The notes below the pieces were generated by a model, which had not been told where the DNA came from, made no database searches, and saw only the letters and a program-made list of their open reading frames with translations. From NCBI GenBank assembly GCA_035542295.1, contig DATKLR010000262.1, forward strand, positions 1 through 51,308: a DNA stretch of 51,308 nucleotides. Reading direction: 5' to 3'. This DNA comes from Gemmatimonadales bacterium. Lineage in GTDB: Bacteria; Gemmatimonadota; Gemmatimonadetes; Gemmatimonadales; JACORV01. The translations under genes and the position numbers were made by a program. Positions 17,191 through 26,605 of this stretch are shown here, piece after piece. Numbering within the stretch: position 1 is the stretch's first letter; each line of letters begins with the position of its first letter.

Positions 17191-19313
17191 CAGAAGGCCG
17201 CCAGCTCTCGGATCGCCTTCGCGACGTCGGCGGCCTGCGGCAGGATCCGGTCCTCGAGCTGCGGGGCGTACCCGACGAACGTGTCGGCCGATGCGACGCG
17301 TCGCACGGGCGCATCGAGCCACGCAAACAGCTCGTCCCCGATGCGCGCGGCCAGCTCCGCGCCGTAGCCCCACGACCGCGGATCCTCGTAGGCCACGACC
17401 ACGCGGTTCGTTTTCCGCACCGACCGCCCGATCGTCTCCCAGTCGACCGGCGAGAGCGAGCGCAGATCGACGACCTCGATGCTGGAGCCCGTCGCCTCCT
17501 CGACTTCCTTCGCCGCGACCAGCGAGCGCTGCACCAGCGCACCGTACGTCACCACCGTGACGTCCGTCCCGTCCTTCACGACCTTCGCCTTGCCGAACGG
17601 GATCATGAAGTTCGGGCCCGGATACGGCGCCTTGTTGTACGTCTGACGGTACAGGTGCTTGTGCTCGAGGAAGATGACGGGGTCGTCGCACCGGATCGCC
17701 GTGCGCAGCAGGCCGTTCGCGTCCAGCGCGGTGGCCGGACAGACGACCCGGAGCCCGGGCACGTGCGTGAACAGCGATGCGCCCGTCTGCGAGTGGTAGA
17801 CCGCCCCGCCCTTCAGGTACCCGCCGTAGGTCACCCGCACCACCACCGGCGCGCTGAAAGCGCCGCTGGAGCGCCACCGCAGCACCGCCAGCTCGTTGCG
17901 CAGCTGCATGTATGCGGGCCAGATGTAGTCGAAGAACTGGATCTCGACCACCGGCTTCAATCCGCGCGTCGCCATCCCGACGGCGCGGCCGACGATGTTC
18001 GCCTCCGCGAGCGGCGAATTGAATACGCGGTCGGAGCCGAATCTCTTCTGCAGTCCCCAGGTCACCTTGAAGACTCCGCCTTTGCCCTTGACCCTGGTCA
18101 GATGCTCGGTGCGGGACACGTCGGCCACGTCCTGCCCGAACAGCACGATCCTCGGATCCCGGTCCATCTCGTCCTTGAGGCACGCGTTGAGGAGATCCAC
18201 CATCGTCGTCGGGTCGCCGGCGAACTGCGGGTCGTCCTCGGTGTCGAACCCTTCGGCGGCCGGATCCACGTCCGGCGAGTAGACGTGCAACGTTGCAGTC
18301 TCCGGCGCCGGCTGCGGGGACGCCAGCGCCGCCTCCGCCGCCGCTTCGACTGCGGCCTCGACCTCCCCCTTGACCGCCTCGATCTCTTCCGCCGTCGCCG
18401 CGCCCTCGGCCACGAGACGCTCGGGGAACCGCGCCACGGGATCGCGCGCCGCGTCGGCCGCACGCTCCTCGGGCGGCCGATACATCACTTCGTCGTCGGA
18501 CAGCGAATGAGAGTAGGGGCGGATGACGCGCGCGTGCACCAGCGCCGGGCCCTTGCGGCTGCGACAGTACGCGACCGCGCGCGACAGGACCTCGTACGAC
18601 GCGATGGGATCGCAGCCATCCACTTCCTCTACGAGGAGCCCCGGGAAGTTGGCCACGAGCTTGGAGATCGAACCGCCCGCCGTTTGCACCTCGATCGGCA
18701 CCGAGATTGCGTAGCCGTTGTCCTCGACCAGGAAAAGCACCGGCAGCTCGAGGTTCGAGGCCGAGTTGAGCGCCTCCCAGAACTCGCCCTCGCTGGTCGT
18801 GCCGTCGCCGATCGAGCAGTACACCACCTCGTCGCGACGCATTCGCTCGTCCCGGTCCCGGATCCCCGCGATCCGTCCATACCGGAATCCGGCCTCGGCG
18901 CAGCCGACCGCCTGCAGGCACTGCGTCCCGGTCGGGCTCGACTGGCTCACGATGTTGAGCCGCTTGTGACCCCAGTGCGACGGCATCTGGCGGCCGCCGG
19001 AATTCGGGTCCGCCGCGGCACCGACCGCCGAGAGCAGCATCTCGGTGGGGGTCATGCCCAGGGTGAGACACAGCGCCCGGTCACGATAGTAGGGGTAGAA
19101 CCAGTCGTGCCCCGCCTTCAGCACCATCCCGGCCGCGACCAGAACGGCCTCGTGGCCCGCCCCCGAAATCTGGAAGAAGATGCGGTTCTGCCGCTTCAGC
19201 TGGATCTCTTTGTCGTCCAGCCGCCGCGACAGCAGCATCAGGCGATAGACGCCCAGCAGATCCGCCTTGGCAAGCCGCCGGGCGCCGATCTCAGCTTTCG
19301 TACGGGTGGCCAT
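17190..19313 (-). CDS. 2-oxoacid dehydrogenase E1 component, fused alpha/beta subunits (TPP-dependent)
   Basis: Start at [10 protein letters not shown] (ATG at 19313). TPP motif [36 protein letters not shown]. Beta/transketolase-like part [17 protein letters not shown]. Its TGA stop overlaps the ATG of the downstream gene (TGATG at 17188-17192). Confidence 0.85.
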   Translation of the reverse strand: MATRTKAEIGARRLAKADLLGVYRLMLLSRRLDDKEIQLKRQNRIFFQISGAGHEAVLVAAGMVLKAGHDWFYPYYRDRALCLTLGMTPTEMLLSAVGAAADPNSGGRQMPSHWGHKRLNIVSQSSPTGTQCLQAVGCAEAGFRYGRIAGIRDRDERMRRDEVVYCSIGDGTTSEGEFWEALNSASNLELPVLFLVEDNGYAISVPIEVQTAGGSISKLVANFPGLLVEEVDGCDPIASYEVLSRAVAYCRSRKGPALVHARVIRPYSHSLSDDEVMYRPPEERAADAARDPVARFPERLVAEGAATAEEIEAVKGEVEAAVEAAAEAALASPQPAPETATLHVYSPDVDPAAEGFDTEDDPQFAGDPTTMVDLLNACLKDEMDRDPRIVLFGQDVADVSRTEHLTRVKGKGGVFKVTWGLQKRFGSDRVFNSPLAEANIVGRAVGMATRGLKPVVEIQFFDYIWPAYMQLRNELAVLRWRSSGAFSAPVVVRVTYGGYLKGGAVYHSQTGASLFTHVPGLRVVCPATALDANGLLRTAIRCDDPVIFLEHKHLYRQTYNKAPYPGPNFMIPFGKAKVVKDGTDVTVVTYGALVQRSLVAAKEVEEATGSSIEVVDLRSLSPVDWETIGRSVRKTNRVVVAYEDPRSWGYGAELAARIGDELFAWLDAPVRRVASADTFVGYAPQLEDRILPQAADVAKAIRELAAF

Positions 19314-19454
19314 GAACGACCCAAGATAGCGGGCCCCCGTATCCGGCTCAACGAGGACCTCCGGCCAGGATCGGCACGGTCGCGCCGGACGGGCGGACCC
19401 GCTCTCTCGCGTCGCGGCGGCGGCCCGGCTACCTTCCACCCGATTCCCCATCCC

Positions 19455-19946
19455 ATGAAGGCGACCGTGAACGACAGCGCGAAGAAGACGGTCCTGCGCC
19501 AGTTTCCTTACGGCCTGTATGTGATCACGGTCATGAGCGAGGGCGAGGATCACGGGATGACCGCCAACTGGGTGATGCAGACGGCCTTCACCCCGCCGAT
19601 GGTCGTCGTCGCCATCGAGAACGAATCCAAGAGCCTGCCGATGATGCGGGATGCCCGGGCGTTCGCGATCAACGTGCTGGCCGCCGGCCAGCGCGACGTC
19701 GCCGCGAAGCTCGGCAAGTCCTCCCGCAACGTGCCATACAAGCTCCGGGGGGTCGCCACTCGGCCTGCGCCCGTCACCGGCGCCCCCATCCTGTCCGATG
19801 GCCTGGGGTGGATCGAGTGCCGCCTCGTCGCGACCATGCCCTCGGGCGACCACACGCTGGTGCTCGGCGAGGTGGTCGAGGCTGGGGTTGAGCACGAGGG
19901 CAAGGCGCTGACCCTGGCAGAAACGGGGATGAAGTACGCCGGCTGA
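19455..19946 (+). CDS. Flavin reductase-like FMN-binding domain protein
   Basis: [41 protein letters not shown] is typical of the flavin reductase (HpaC/NADH:FMN) family. It is the 3' part of the spurious 763-aa ORF. Confidence 0.8.
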   Translation: MKATVNDSAKKTVLRQFPYGLYVITVMSEGEDHGMTANWVMQTAFTPPMVVVAIENESKSLPMMRDARAFAINVLAAGQRDVAAKLGKSSRNVPYKLRGVATRPAPVTGAPILSDGLGWIECRLVATMPSGDHTLVLGEVVEAGVEHEGKALTLAETGMKYAG

Positions 19947-20007
19947 AGCGGGCCATCGGCGCGCGCCGCTCGCCGGCCCGCCGGCCCGTTGCGTTTGGCC
20001 ACTCGCG

Positions 20008-21423
20008 ATGGGCCTGGGCGCGGCCCTGGCCTGCGGCGGTCCGGCGGCGGCGCAGGCCCCCCCCGACACGCTGAGCTACGCCGTCGCCATCAGCCTGGCC
20101 CCGCCGCACGTCACCGTCGAAGCCCGGCTCACCGTCGCGGAGTCCGCGAGCATCTCGCTCTTGGCACCTCCGGCCATCCGCTCCTCCGGGAGCGACGTCA
20201 CGGGATTTCTGGCGACCGACGCCCGCGGCCACTGGCTCGCGACGGCGCGGTCCGGCACGCGCTATGTGGTCGAGACGGCACCGGGCGCAATGCACTTCCG
20301 CTACCGGCTGGACTTCCAGAACGCCGTGGCGATGAGCTCCACCGGCGCCGGCCTCGACTCGGCACGGCTGTACGCGGCGGGCCGCAGCGTGTTTCTGGCG
20401 CCGGACCCCGCGGCCTACCGGAGGACCGCGCGCCCGTATCCCGTCGTGTACGTGCACATTTCCGCACCGCCCGGGTGGCACGTCGTCACCGGCTGGGGCG
20501 TAGACGGCGCCGTCTTCGTCCCCTCCGGCGGCGACGCCCTGCTTGGCGCCACGATCGCCGCGGCGCCCGACTTCCGCATCTACGACGATCGCGCGGCGGG
20601 CGCGCGCTTCGTGCTCGCCATCCGCGGCGAGCGGCACTTCAGCGATTCCGCCCTGATCGCCGTGATCGCCGCGAGCCTCACCCGCGCAGCCCAGGCGCTC
20701 GGTCCGGTGCCGGTCCCACTCGTCACCTACACCGGCGACACGGGGCCGAAGGGCCGGACCAGCGGCAGTCTGCAGGGACGTTCGAGCATCGGGCTGATCT
20801 GGGAGCCGGGCGACCTGCTCGAGCGCGCGCGCAGCGAAGACGTGTTCCATGAGACCCTGCATCTCTGGTTCGGCGGCGCGCTGGAAACCGACCGGTGGTG
20901 GACCGAGGGCGTGACCGACTATTACGCTGCGCGGCTGTACGCGGAGGGGACGGGACAGCCGAACGATCTCGCCGAGCCCTGCTACGAGTCGTTGCAGGAC
21001 TACCTGACCATCACGCACAACACCCTGCTGACGATGGATCAGGAAGATCGGAGCGACGTCGCGGGCGACAACACCGAACTCCTGGTCTACCGCAAGGGCA
21101 TGCTCGCGGGGCTCCTGCTCGACGCCGCCATTCGCCGGAGCACGGAAGGTCAGGCCACGCTCGACGACGTGGCGCGCCGCCTGCTCGCGATGGCCGCCGA
21201 GCGCCGCTCCCGCGTCATACGCGGGGCCGAGATCCGCAGCGTCGCGGTCGAGGTCGGCGGTGACGACGTGGCTCGCGTCTGGGACCGCGTGGTCGATGGA
21301 ACGAGCCTCATCTCCGCGGACGAAGTGACGGAGGCGCTGCGGATCGTCGCCGGCGTCGGCGCCCCGACCGACCATCCGCGGGCGAAGGAACTGAAGGTTC
21401 TGAGCAACCACCCCAAAGGCTAG
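20008..21423 (+). CDS. Zinc metallopeptidase, M61/M1-like (HEXXH)
   Basis: [10 protein letters not shown], followed by [15 protein letters not shown] (HEXXH plus downstream Glu motif). N-terminal signal-like [13 protein letters not shown]. Confidence 0.65.
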   Translation: MGLGAALACGGPAAAQAPPDTLSYAVAISLAPPHVTVEARLTVAESASISLLAPPAIRSSGSDVTGFLATDARGHWLATARSGTRYVVETAPGAMHFRYRLDFQNAVAMSSTGAGLDSARLYAAGRSVFLAPDPAAYRRTARPYPVVYVHISAPPGWHVVTGWGVDGAVFVPSGGDALLGATIAAAPDFRIYDDRAAGARFVLAIRGERHFSDSALIAVIAASLTRAAQALGPVPVPLVTYTGDTGPKGRTSGSLQGRSSIGLIWEPGDLLERARSEDVFHETLHLWFGGALETDRWWTEGVTDYYAARLYAEGTGQPNDLAEPCYESLQDYLTITHNTLLTMDQEDRSDVAGDNTELLVYRKGMLAGLLLDAAIRRSTEGQATLDDVARRLLAMAAERRSRVIRGAEIRSVAVEVGGDDVARVWDRVVDGTSLISADEVTEALRIVAGVGAPTDHPRAKELKVLSNHPKG

Positions 21424-21433
21424 GATCGTCGCC

Positions 21434-21964
21434 ATGAAGCTGAGCGGGAAGTCGGTGCTGTTCTTCGCCGGGCCGCAGTACGAGGACCTCGAGCTGTGGT
21501 ACCCGAAGATCCGCCTCGAGGAGGAGGGGGCGAAGACGGTGGTCGCCGGGCTGGGGGAGAAGGTCTACTACGGGAAGAAGGGTTACCCGGTCACCGTGGA
21601 CGGCACGGTGGACGATCTCTACGCCGAGGTCTACGACGGGCTGGTGATCCCCGGGGGGTACGCTCCCGACCACATGCGCAGGTCCGAGAAGCTGCTCGGC
21701 ATCACGCGCGCCATCGCCGAAGCCGGCAAGCCGGTCGCGTTCATCTGCCACGCCGCCTGGGTGCCGATCTCAGCCGGGCTGCTGAAGGGGAGGAAGGCGA
21801 CCTGCGTGCGCGCCATCCGCGACGACGTCGTCAACGCGGGGGCGACCTACGTCGACGAGCCGGTCGTCGTCGACGGCAACCTCATCTCGTCGCGTACGCC
21901 GGCCGACCTGCCGGCGTTCTGCCGGGCGCTCATCGCGGCCCTGGCCGGGGCACCCCGGGACTAG
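21434..21964 (+). CDS. DJ-1/PfpI-family intracellular protease/amidase
   Basis: YDGLVIPGGYAPDHMR...GKPVAFICHAAWVPISAGLLKGRKATC carries the nucleophile elbow Cys-His of the PfpI family. Confidence 0.9.
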   Translation: MKLSGKSVLFFAGPQYEDLELWYPKIRLEEEGAKTVVAGLGEKVYYGKKGYPVTVDGTVDDLYAEVYDGLVIPGGYAPDHMRRSEKLLGITRAIAEAGKPVAFICHAAWVPISAGLLKGRKATCVRAIRDDVVNAGATYVDEPVVVDGNLISSRTPADLPAFCRALIAALAGAPRD

Positions 21965-23190
21965 ACCGGCGCGTCGAGCGGCCGGAGCACGACGCCGGTC
22001 GGCACCTTCGGCGCGAAGAAGGTGGACTTCGGCGGCATGATCTGCCCGGCGTCCGCCACCCGCTTCACTTCGTCCAGGCGCGTCGGCGGGAGGAGCAGCG
22101 CGAAGGCACACCGTCCCGTGCGCGCGGCGTCGCGCGCCTCGGCGGCATCCGGAGTGTAGCGCAGCTCGGCCACCCGCCCCAGCAGCGACGCTCCCACCAC
22201 CCCCACGGCCACTGCGTCGGCGATCGCCACTGGGAGGCTCCGCACCGCCGGGTGCGCGGGCAGATCACGCGCCGCCGACAGGTCCGCGTCCGGTCGCGCG
22301 ATCAGCGCCATCTCCTTTCCGCCGGCGAACGCCGCCGTGACAGTAGGCGTCTCACCCGCACCAGCTTGGCGGAAGTACGGCTCGGCGGCGGCCAGAAAGA
22401 CCTCGGCCGCGACCGGTGTTCCGACGACCAGGCGGTGCGTCGGCAGGATCTCGAGTCCCGGGTCGCGGAACGACACCACGTGGCTGAGGGTGCGCGCCGC
22501 ACCCTCGCGCCACTGTGGCGGCGCCTCGCTGCGGAACAGCACCGCCGTCTCGAAGCGATGGTGTCCGTCGGCGACATAGACCGGCTCCCGGCTGGCCGCG
22601 CCGGCGATGGCCCGGGCTTCCTGCCCCGTCGCCATCCATACCTCATGCCGGGATCCGAAGGCCGTGCAGCACGCCCACGACTCGCGCGCCGTGGCTTCTG
22701 CCAACGCCTCGACCAGGGCACCGCTGCTGTCGGGCGCCAGCAGGAAGACCGGGCTGAGATTGCAGCCGGTCGCGTGCGTCAAGCGCCGGCGGTCCTCCTT
22801 GGGGCCCGCGTGCGTGCGTTCGTGGGGCAGAATGCGGCCGCGCGCGAAGGGCTCGGCCGAGACGGCCAGGAAAACGCCGGTCCGCTGCCGCACGGAACCG
22901 TCCGGGAACGTGCCCGACGTCCGCAGCACGTAGGCCGTCGGCTCGGCGTCGCGGACCAGCGTGCCGTCCGAGCGCCACTGCCCGAGCAGTCGCGCCGCCT
23001 CCCGGTAGGGGTCGGCGCCACCGGCCGCTTCGGGAAGGTCCACGTGAACGATGTTGCGCGGGTCCTGCGCGGCGAGCTCGGCGCGCCGGGCGGGCGAGAT
23101 CACGTCGTACGGCGGGGCCAGCCGGCGGGCGAGGGACCCGGGATCGGCGTAGCGCGCGCCGCGAAAGGCCGTGAACAGCTCGGGCTCCAT
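21961..23190 (-). CDS. DUF1015-family protein
   Basis: FRGARYADPG...LAPPYDVISPARRAEL...VADGHHRFETA are hallmark DUF1015 motifs. ATG at 23190 (GTG at 23193 is also possible). Its start overlaps the stop of the upstream small ORF. Confidence 0.85.
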   Translation of the reverse strand: MEPELFTAFRGARYADPGSLARRLAPPYDVISPARRAELAAQDPRNIVHVDLPEAAGGADPYREAARLLGQWRSDGTLVRDAEPTAYVLRTSGTFPDGSVRQRTGVFLAVSAEPFARGRILPHERTHAGPKEDRRRLTHATGCNLSPVFLLAPDSSGALVEALAEATARESWACCTAFGSRHEVWMATGQEARAIAGAASREPVYVADGHHRFETAVLFRSEAPPQWREGAARTLSHVVSFRDPGLEILPTHRLVVGTPVAAEVFLAAAEPYFRQAGAGETPTVTAAFAGGKEMALIARPDADLSAARDLPAHPAVRSLPVAIADAVAVGVVGASLLGRVAELRYTPDAAEARDAARTGRCAFALLLPPTRLDEVKRVADAGQIMPPKSTFFAPKVPTGVVLRPLDAPV

Positions 23191-23510
23191 CACTTCACTC
23201 CGGTGCGTGATGCGGCGATGAGGTCGTCGAGGATCCGCTTCACTTCCGACAGCGGGAGACGCCCTACTTCTGCCTCAGCCGCCGCCGGGTCCTCGCTGAA
23301 CGCGAGGTAGTCGCTCTCCAGGTGCCCTTCGGGCGCGTTCGACGGCGACCAGCGGATGAAGATCAGCGCGGCGCCGTAGCGCCCGTCAGGCCCCGGATCG
23401 TCGTCGGAGAAAACCGCCACTGAATACGGGCGCCGGTCGCTGCCTTCGAAACCCGGGGGGCGGCCGTGCACGGACACGTATCCGGCCAGCGTGTCGTCGG
23501 CTGGGCTCAC
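23190..23510 (-). CDS. Small hypothetical protein (106 aa) between proline dehydrogenase and DUF1015
   Basis: GTG at 23510 overlaps the proline dehydrogenase TGA (GTGA). Its own TGA overlaps the DUF1015 ATG. Composition is non-artefactual (FSDDDPGPDGRYGAALIFIRWSPSNAPEGHLESDYLAF). Confidence 0.5.
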   Translation of the reverse strand: MSPADDTLAGYVSVHGRPPGFEGSDRRPYSVAVFSDDDPGPDGRYGAALIFIRWSPSNAPEGHLESDYLAFSEDPAAAEAEVGRLPLSEVKRILDDLIAASRTGVK

Positions 23511-24436
23511 GACCGCACCGATTCCCTGACGACGTTCCCCAGGATGAATGCGACGTTGGCCGGTCGCTCGGCGAGGCGCCGCATGAAATACGGGTACCAG
23601 TGCGTGCCGAACGGGACGTAGACCCGGACGCGGAAGCCGGCGCGCTGCAGCTCCTCCTGCAGGTCGCGCCGGACACCGTACAGCATCTGGAACTCGAAAC
23701 GGTCCGGCGTGATCCCCTTGGCGGAGACGAACTGCCGCGCGCGTGCTATCAGAGCCGGGTCGTGCGTCGCAACCGCAGGACGGTTGCCGTGCTCCAGGAG
23801 CCGCTCCATCAGCTCCGCGTAGTTCCGGTCCACGTCGGCCTTGGCCGGAAACGCGACCGCGGCGGGCTCGTCGTACGCACCCTTGCAGAGCCGCACCCGC
23901 GCTCGCACGCCGAGCAACCGGTCCACGTCGGCCGCGGTGCGCCGGAGGTACGACTGGAGGACGATGCCCACGCGGTCGCCGTGCGCGGGGAGGAACTCGC
24001 GCTCGAACAGATCCAGCGTGCGCTGTGTGTGGGCGCTGCTCTCCATGTCGATCCGGACGAACATCCCCAGGTCCCGCCCGCGCCCGAGGATGCTCCGCAT
24101 GTTCTCGGCGCACAGGCCGCTGTCCAGGTCGAGGCCCATCTGGGTGAGCTTGACCGAGACATTGCAGTCCAGCTGCTCCGCAGCGATCCGCTCCTGCGTC
24201 TCCACGACCATGGCGGCCGACGAACGCGCCTCCGCGACGGAGGTCACACTCTCGCCCAGGACGTCCAGGCTCGCGCTGATGCCGCGGCCATTGAGCTCGC
24301 GCACGGCAGACACCGCCGTGTCCAGCGTCTCGCCGGCGACGAAGCGCGAGGCGAAACGGCGCGCCAGCGGGTTCTTGACGGCGAATTCGCGAAGTGACTT
24401 CTGCTCGCTCAGATAGAGAAAGGTCTTGCGAAGCAT
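23507..24436 (-). CDS. Proline dehydrogenase (monofunctional PRODH)
   Basis: FVAGETLDTAVSAVRELNGRGISASLDVLGE...VRLCKGAY...ATHD...FQMLYG are PRODH beta8-alpha8 barrel motifs. Confidence 0.9.
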   Translation of the reverse strand: MLRKTFLYLSEQKSLREFAVKNPLARRFASRFVAGETLDTAVSAVRELNGRGISASLDVLGESVTSVAEARSSAAMVVETQERIAAEQLDCNVSVKLTQMGLDLDSGLCAENMRSILGRGRDLGMFVRIDMESSAHTQRTLDLFEREFLPAHGDRVGIVLQSYLRRTAADVDRLLGVRARVRLCKGAYDEPAAVAFPAKADVDRNYAELMERLLEHGNRPAVATHDPALIARARQFVSAKGITPDRFEFQMLYGVRRDLQEELQRAGFRVRVYVPFGTHWYPYFMRRLAERPANVAFILGNVVRESVRS

Positions 24437-24450
24437 GCGGTCCGTTGTGG

Positions 24451-26595
24451 CTAGGTGTAGAAGCGGCCCCCGCGGCGCGCCCGTTCGACGAGGGCGGCTG
24501 CAGGGCGGAACCGGTCGCCGTAGGCGGCGGCGAGGCGTTCCAGCGTCTCCACCGCCGCCCGCGCACCCATGGCGTCCAGTGCACGGAACGGGCCACCGCG
24601 GAACGGCGGAAAGCCGATACCGAAGATCGCACCGATGTCCCCGTCACGCGGCGAGCGGACCACCCCCTCCTCCAGCGCCCGCACTGCCTCGTTCAGCATC
24701 GCGAACGCGAGCCGCTCGGCCACGGCATCCGGCGCGGGCATCGCGCCCGGGGCGATGCCGAACAGCGCGATGGCCGTCCGGTCCACGCCCGCCTTCTTGC
24801 CCTGCCGATAGAGGAAGAAGCCGCGGCCGTTCTTTCGGCCCAGCCGCCGGTCCGCCACGAGCGCGGCGAGATCGAGGCGAGGCTTGAGGCGCTCGCCGAA
24901 CGCCTCCTGCATCACCACCGCCGCCTTGGCGGCCACGTCGAGGCCCACCTCGTCGAGGAGCGTCACCGGACCGACCGGGAAGCCCCAGCGGGTCATGGCG
25001 CCGTCCACCGCATCGACCGGCACGCCCTCGATCAGCAGGTGGCCGGCCTCGTTGATGTACGGGGCCAGGATCCGGTTGACGAAGAAGCCGGGATGGTCCT
25101 GCACGACGATGACGGTCTTGCCGAGCCGGCGGCCGAACGCGACCGCGGTGACGACGGTCTCGGGGGCGGTACGGGCCCCGACGACGACCTCAAGCAACGG
25201 CATCCGATGCACCGGCGAGAAGAAATGCATCCCGATCACGTTCGATGGACGGCTCGCCGTCGCCGCGATCCGCGAGATCGGGATCGTCGAGGTGTTCGAC
25301 GCGAAGATGCACTCCGGTCGAGCGACCGACTCGATCTCCCGCAGGACCCCCTGTTTCACCGCAAGGTCCTCGAACACGGCCTCAATCACCAGGTCCGCCG
25401 TGCGGAAGCCGCTGTAGTCAGCAGTGCCCGAGATAAGGGCCGTCTGGCGCGCGCCGTCGCGCCGGCTGATGCTGCGGCGGCGCACCCGCTCGCCGATGAT
25501 GCCCGCGGCGGCCTTGAGGCCGGCGCCGATGCGCGGCAGCTCGGCGTCCTTGAGTCGCACCGGCACGCCGACCTGCGTCGCCGCGACGGCGGCGATGCCC
25601 GAACCCATGAACCCGGCTCCCACGATCCCGAGCCGTTCCACCCGCCGCGGCTCCGGTGCCGGGGCCGGCACACCCGGATCCTTCTTGAGAGCGGTCGTCG
25701 CGAAGAAGATCTCGACCAGTCGCCGCGAGACATCGGTCGCTGCCATCCGGCCGAACAACTCGGACTCGTGCTCGAGCCCCGGCTCCATTCCATTGGCGAG
25801 GCCGTAGCGGATGGCGTCCAGCGCGGCGAGCGGGGCGGGATAGTGCCCGCCCGTCTGCCTGAGCGTCATCGCCCGCGCCCGCTTCAGGATGAGCGCCTGG
25901 CCGGGAGCGCTGCGGTCCAGGAGCCACGCCGTCACGCCCCGCGGCCCGCGGCGTTGCGTCACCGGATGCTCCGCCAGCCGCTGCGCCGCCGCGACGGCCA
26001 CCTCCCTCAGGATCGCCGGCGGTACGAGCTCCTCCACCAGACCCATCCTGAACGCCTTCGCCGCCGGAATGCTCCTGCCGGTGAGGATCATCTGCAGTGC
26101 CGCGCGCAGCCCCAGTGCCCGCGGCAGGCGGTTGCACCCGCCCGCGCCCGGCAGCAACCCGAGCTGCACTTCGGGCGCACCGAACGCCGTCTTGGGATGG
26201 TCGGAGGCGACCCGATAATGGCAAGCGAGCACCAGCTCCAGGCCGCCGCCGAGACACGTCCCGTGAATCGCCGCCACCACCGGTTTTCTGCACCGCTCCA
26301 CCCGGCCCAGGAGCTTCTGGCCCTCGCGGGAGAGCCGCGTTGCCTCCTCCTCCGTCTTGGCGGCCACGAACTCGTTGATGTCCGCTCCCGCGACGAACAT
26401 CTCCGGCTTGCCGGAGATGATCACCACCGCGCGAACCGACGTGTCGCCCTCCAGCTCCGTGAGGGCAGCGGCGAATTCGCCGCGCACCGCCCGGGAAAAC
26501 ATGTTGATGGGCTCGCCGGGGAGATCCAGCGTGACGACAGCAACGCCGTCCTCGACGACCGTCGTCAGAGCGTGCGTGCGCTCCTTGCTGCTCAT
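24451..26595 (-). CDS. fadJ: Fatty-acid oxidation complex alpha subunit (enoyl-CoA hydratase / 3-hydroxyacyl-CoA dehydrogenase)
   Basis: N-terminal crotonase fold (AAIHGTCLGGGLELVLACH). NAD-binding GIVGAGFMGSGIA. 3-hydroxyacyl-CoA dehydrogenase C-terminal repeats. It follows a FadI-type thiolase. Confidence 0.9.
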   Translation of the reverse strand: MSSKERTHALTTVVEDGVAVVTLDLPGEPINMFSRAVRGEFAAALTELEGDTSVRAVVIISGKPEMFVAGADINEFVAAKTEEEATRLSREGQKLLGRVERCRKPVVAAIHGTCLGGGLELVLACHYRVASDHPKTAFGAPEVQLGLLPGAGGCNRLPRALGLRAALQMILTGRSIPAAKAFRMGLVEELVPPAILREVAVAAAQRLAEHPVTQRRGPRGVTAWLLDRSAPGQALILKRARAMTLRQTGGHYPAPLAALDAIRYGLANGMEPGLEHESELFGRMAATDVSRRLVEIFFATTALKKDPGVPAPAPEPRRVERLGIVGAGFMGSGIAAVAATQVGVPVRLKDAELPRIGAGLKAAAGIIGERVRRRSISRRDGARQTALISGTADYSGFRTADLVIEAVFEDLAVKQGVLREIESVARPECIFASNTSTIPISRIAATASRPSNVIGMHFFSPVHRMPLLEVVVGARTAPETVVTAVAFGRRLGKTVIVVQDHPGFFVNRILAPYINEAGHLLIEGVPVDAVDGAMTRWGFPVGPVTLLDEVGLDVAAKAAVVMQEAFGERLKPRLDLAALVADRRLGRKNGRGFFLYRQGKKAGVDRTAIALFGIAPGAMPAPDAVAERLAFAMLNEAVRALEEGVVRSPRDGDIGAIFGIGFPPFRGGPFRALDAMGARAAVETLERLAAAYGDRFRPAAALVERARRGGRFYT

Positions 26596-26605
26596 GTCAG
26601 CCGCC

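Noticed and set aside
17191-19071. N-terminal 627 codons of the 1665-aa ORF. Comparable N-terminal extensions occur on the 959-aa (19314-20069), 779-aa (49518-51104), 598-aa (34715-35362), 485-aa (23511-24647), 418-aa (41858-42229) and 763-aa (17655-19454) ORFs.
   Set aside because: Each extension overlaps, out of frame, a neighbouring gene with a clear homologous product, and has artefact-like composition. In each case a plausible start codon sits at the junction, often overlapping the neighbour's stop.
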